64,000 nucleotides of DNA from Octopus vulgaris (taxonomy: Eukaryota). The notes under the pieces are model-generated. The model saw only the letters and a list, made by a program, of their open reading frames with translations. It searched no databases and had not been told where the DNA came from. The stretch is taken from NCBI GenBank assembly GCA_951406725.2, contig OX597816.1, forward strand, positions 6,882,001 to 6,946,000, in the 5' to 3' direction. Made by a program: the position numbers and the translations under genes. Below, piece after piece: positions 63,201-64,000 of the stretch; position 1 is the first letter of the stretch; each line of letters starts with the position of its first letter.

Positions 63201-64000
63201 CGACAGGCTGCTTTCAGTTTCCATCTACCAAATCCACTCACAAGGCATTGGTCGGCCCGGGGCTATAGCAGAAGACACTTGCCCAAGATGCCTCGCAGTG
63301 GGACTGAACCCGGAACTATGTGGTTGGTTAGCAAGCTACTTACCACACAGCCACTCCTGCGCTGTAAATTTTGGCAAAAGGTCAGTAATTTCAGGAGGGG
63401 GTGGTGGTGCAGTAACTTGATTGCATCAACCCCAGTAATCAACTGGTACTTATTTTATAAGACCCCAAAGGATGAAAAGTAAAGTCAAACCATGGCAGAA
63501 TTTGAACCCAGGATGTAAAGATGGACAAAATGCTGCTAAACATTTTGCCCAGCTCACTAACAATTCTGTCAGCTCACCCACCTTAATAATAATAATAACA
63601 ACAATAATAATAATAATGGTTTTAAATTTTGACAAAAGACCAAACTTGTACTTCTTTTATAAACCACAAAAGGATGAAAGGTAAAGTCAAACCACGGCAG
63701 AATTTGAACTCAGAATGTAATAGCAGACAAAATGCTTAGCAGCATTTTGTCTGGCATTCTAACGGTTTTGCCAAGCAATAACAGCCAAAGTTATCATCAT
63801 AAATAAAAGAATCTCGGTTGAAATATTTGGCAACGCTTCACCAAGATGTTCACCAAGGAAAGTATTGACACCATAAAGAACAAGAGAATAATTTGCATGT
63901 ATTACGTACCCACGATTTGTAGAGTCTGTCCCCCGAGCCTGAATAGAAGCCAGCGTCTCAACTGCGCTACTGACAGCATTGAATGTATCCAAACATGGGT
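14235..64000 (-). CDS. UBR5: E3 ubiquitin ligase UBR5/EDD/hyperplastic discs, spliced CDS, 5' part outside the window
   Basis: 30 GT-AG exons whose lengths join in one frame. UBR box ([53 protein letters not shown]), MLLE (KITGMLLE), HECT with [12 protein letters not shown] and C-terminal FGFV*. Confidence 0.97.
15768..15853 (-). CDS. UBR5: UBR5 HECT exon ([20 protein letters not shown])
   Basis: ORF track plus splice sites. Confidence 0.93.
16942..17086 (-). CDS. UBR5: UBR5 HECT exon ([20 protein letters not shown])
   Basis: ORF track plus splice sites. Confidence 0.93.
17295..17669 (+). mobile_element. Non-autonomous Helitron, same 3' terminus, different body
   Basis: A|TCtctctctata...cctgagcaacgccgggcgatactgCTAG|T. 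Confidence 0.8.
19530..19655 (-). CDS. UBR5: UBR5 HECT exon ([21 protein letters not shown])
   Basis: ORF track plus splice sites. Confidence 0.93.
19785..20089. mobile_element. hAT-superfamily MITE inserted in a family C SINE
   Basis: TIR cagtggttcccaa/ttgggaaccactg, 8-bp TSD gattacat at 19777-19784 and 20090-20097. Confidence 0.9.
20291..20519 (-). CDS. UBR5: UBR5 HECT exon ([31 protein letters not shown])
   Basis: ORF track plus splice sites. Confidence 0.93.
20662..20889 (-). CDS. UBR5: UBR5 exon (..[23 protein letters not shown]); NAGNAG acceptor
   Basis: ORF track plus splice sites. Confidence 0.92.
23031..23161 (-). CDS. UBR5: UBR5 exon, MLLE/PABC core ([33 protein letters not shown])
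   Basis: Hand translation, KITGMLLE signature. Confidence 0.95.
24879..25375 (-). CDS. UBR5: UBR5 exon ([19 protein letters not shown]..poly-[14 protein letters not shown])
   Basis: ORF track plus splice sites; start of MLLE. Confidence 0.92.
24955..25240. repeat. Coding trinucleotide repeats (poly-Gly/Ala/Ser/Asn) in UBR5
   Basis: (CCA/CCG/CCT)n and (CTG)n runs on +, in frame on -. Confidence 0.9.
25477..25700. repeat. Nested fold-back element
   Basis: ttgtgtctggggagagtcattttctttttgtgccttataat mirrored at 25635-25700; inner hairpin ttgcaaccttttcgatagtc/gactattgaaaaggttgcaa. Confidence 0.85.
25821..25893 (-). CDS. UBR5: UBR5 exon ([15 protein letters not shown]..)
   Basis: Hand translation, phase 0/1 fit. 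Confidence 0.85.
28252..28431 (-). CDS. UBR5: UBR5 exon ([26 protein letters not shown]), HECT N-terminal part
   Basis: ORF track plus splice sites. Confidence 0.93.
28490..28980 (+). mobile_element. Degenerate 3' end of a second RTE-clade family (also near 18400-18640 and 33820-34230)
   Basis: Broken frame gives MCGVKL..WYGHVL..RGRPRK.W; shared end gaggtagatctggccacccccatt. Confidence 0.65.
29320..29536 (-). CDS. UBR5: UBR5 exon ([29 protein letters not shown])
   Basis: ORF track plus splice sites. Confidence 0.93.
30101..30229 (-). CDS. UBR5: UBR5 exon ([18 protein letters not shown])
   Basis: Strong splice sites and phase 2/2 fit; sequence poorly conserved. Confidence 0.75.
31346..32828 (-). 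CDS. UBR5: UBR5 large exon ([29 protein letters not shown].. plus S/T/P/Q-rich tract)
   Basis: 520-aa ORF, tttttcag acceptor, gttagg donor. Confidence 0.92.
34321..34555 (-). CDS. UBR5: UBR5 exon ([25 protein letters not shown])
   Basis: Conserved MDSTEAQLR, splice sites. Confidence 0.92.
35007..35482. mobile_element. Tandem pair of piggyBac-type MITEs
   Basis: Two TTAA-CCC..GGG-TTAA units separated by aaatatcatggagact. Confidence 0.85.
35538..35785 (-). CDS. UBR5: UBR5 exon ([27 protein letters not shown]); alternative in-frame start at 35803
   Basis: ORF track plus splice sites. Confidence 0.88.
35975..36305 (-). mobile_element. tRNA-derived SINE family F (related copies near 31030-31222, 37180-37505, 57510-57795)
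   Basis: Minus-strand head catggttcagtggttag..gagtttgattccc, shared ttgagcaagacatttcatttca core. Confidence 0.65.
36340..37092. mobile_element. Palindromic Tc1/mariner derivative made of two divergent transposase 3' ends
   Basis: Long inverted arms; - strand [11 protein letters not shown] and [19 protein letters not shown], + strand [32 protein letters not shown]. Confidence 0.85.
38481..38747 (-). CDS. UBR5: UBR5 exon ([19 protein letters not shown])
   Basis: ORF track plus splice sites. Confidence 0.9.
38792..38870 (+). pseudogene. tRNA-like sequence resembling tRNA-Lys(CTT): pseudogene or isolated SINE head
   Basis: A box tagctcaatgg, D stem gctc/gagc, gcttaatc loop, T stem gtgag/ctcat, acceptor ggtggtt/ggccacc, T6 at 38875-38880; anticodon stem is poor. 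Confidence 0.55.
39731..39865 (-). CDS. UBR5: UBR5 exon ([30 protein letters not shown])
   Basis: Conserved SDM-LDLLA, splice sites. Confidence 0.9.
40032..40369 (-). mobile_element. tRNA-derived SINE with 13-bp target site duplication
   Basis: Head gaggcgcaatggcccagtggttagggcagcggactcg, (CAAG)n tail, TSD tgtgactgctgct at 40019-40031 and 40370-40382. Confidence 0.85.
40440..40880 (+). mobile_element. Degenerate Tc1/mariner (maT/DD37D-like) transposase fragment
   Basis: [60 protein letters not shown]. Confidence 0.75.
41070..41590. repeat. Tandem repeat, period about 130 bp, 4 copies, inside a family A element
   Basis: ggtgcccttttacgtgccac recurs at 41201, 41331 and 41461. Confidence 0.9.
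41741..41861 (-). CDS. UBR5: UBR5 exon ([13 protein letters not shown]..)
   Basis: Hand translation, splice sites. Confidence 0.88.
42836..43009 (-). CDS. UBR5: UBR5 exon ([22 protein letters not shown])
   Basis: ORF track plus splice sites. Confidence 0.9.
43564..43990 (+). mobile_element. tRNA-derived SINE family B with internal (TA)n/(TG)n (other copies near 17820-18190 -, 19050-19420 -, 27660-28093 +, 46800-46970 +, 55574-55687 +, 59040-59410 -, 62960-63362 -)
   Basis: Head gtggctgtgtggtaag..gggttcagtccc and tail gcatggccgcagtcaaatgactgaaacaagtaaaa repeated many times. Confidence 0.85.
44160..46090 (+). mobile_element. 5'-truncated CR1-clade LINE, inactive
   Basis: [26 protein letters not shown] in place of YADD, GVPQGS motif deleted with a frameshift near 45130, (TAT)n tail. 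Confidence 0.9.
46143..46323 (-). CDS. UBR5: UBR5 exon ([22 protein letters not shown])
   Basis: Conserved PVRMGVARP, splice sites. Confidence 0.92.
46359..46735 (+). mobile_element. Composite element: inverted copy, tRNA-like head, hammerhead-bearing body
   Basis: Arms 46359-46486 and 46596-46701 are inverted; A box tggcatagtgg and B box gagttcgattc between them; cagatga-a-ggctg..cagcc-gaaac at 46635-46667. Confidence 0.75.
48025..48191 (-). CDS. UBR5: UBR5 exon ([22 protein letters not shown])
   Basis: Hand translation, splice sites. Confidence 0.92.
49658..49763 (-). CDS. UBR5: UBR5 exon ([23 protein letters not shown])
   Basis: ORF track plus splice sites. Confidence 0.92.
50253..53662 (-). 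mobile_element. Young 5'-truncated RTE-clade LINE with full 3' UTR and (GAT)n tail
   Basis: Uninterrupted ORF and a 3' UTR at 50253-50862; inserted in a MITE. Confidence 0.95.
50863..53662 (-). CDS. RTE ORF: partial AP endonuclease, reverse transcriptase, PHD-type finger
   Basis: [22 protein letters not shown] (endonuclease); [24 protein letters not shown] (RT); [18 protein letters not shown]. Confidence 0.93.
54766..54895 (-). CDS. UBR5: UBR5 exon ([18 protein letters not shown]..)
   Basis: Conserved HDLEPPRF, splice sites. Confidence 0.9.
55011..55132 (-). CDS. UBR5: UBR5 exon ([15 protein letters not shown]..)
   Basis: Hand translation, splice sites. Confidence 0.9.
55351..55497 (-). 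CDS. UBR5: UBR5 exon ([23 protein letters not shown])
   Basis: Hand translation, splice sites. Confidence 0.93.
56335..56426 (-). CDS. UBR5: UBR5 exon, UBR box ([30 protein letters not shown])
   Basis: Hand translation, cag/gtaagt sites. Confidence 0.95.
58410..58647 (-). CDS. UBR5: UBR5 exon ([33 protein letters not shown])
   Basis: ORF track plus splice sites; start of UBR box. Confidence 0.93.
60525..60726 (-). CDS. UBR5: UBR5 exon (..[32 protein letters not shown])
   Basis: Splice sites, phase, similarity to vertebrate KDRKANAHFILKLLC. Confidence 0.88.
60855..61307. mobile_element. Tandem pair of piggyBac-type MITEs
   Basis: Two units separated by aaatatcatggtgacc. Confidence 0.8.
62631..62773 (-). 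CDS. UBR5: UBR5 exon ([17 protein letters not shown])
   Basis: Splice sites and the LREMMRR motif. Confidence 0.85.
63910..64000 (-). CDS. UBR5: UBR5 exon, partial (..[26 protein letters not shown])
   Basis: Donor gtacgt at 63909; phase 2 joins the next exon to give [10 protein letters not shown]. Confidence 0.7.

Overview
Eukaryotic (animal) genomic DNA, AT-rich and transposon-dense. The repeat repertoire looks like a coleoid cephalopod, probably Octopus (inference). Two intron-containing genes converge tail-to-tail. PDCD2L lies on + (6 exons traced, 2372-11382; first coding exon not found). The 3' part of UBR5/EDD/hyd, a HECT E3 ligase, lies on - (30 phase-consistent exons from the window end to the stop at 14235; UBR box, MLLE, HECT). 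Introns hold a young 5'-truncated RTE LINE with a PHD-type finger after YADD, about 25 short copies of its 3' end, a CR1-clade LINE, several tRNA-derived SINE families, non-autonomous Helitrons, TTAA (piggyBac-type) and hAT MITEs, and Tc1/mariner remnants. The most unusual signal is a set of fold-back elements carrying Penelope-type minimal hammerhead ribozyme cores. One sits between the two 3' ends, where the antisense of hammerhead stem II is an AATAAA signal on each strand. Another is fused to a tRNA-like Pol III head. All calls were read by eye; repeat boundaries are approximate and no searches were run.
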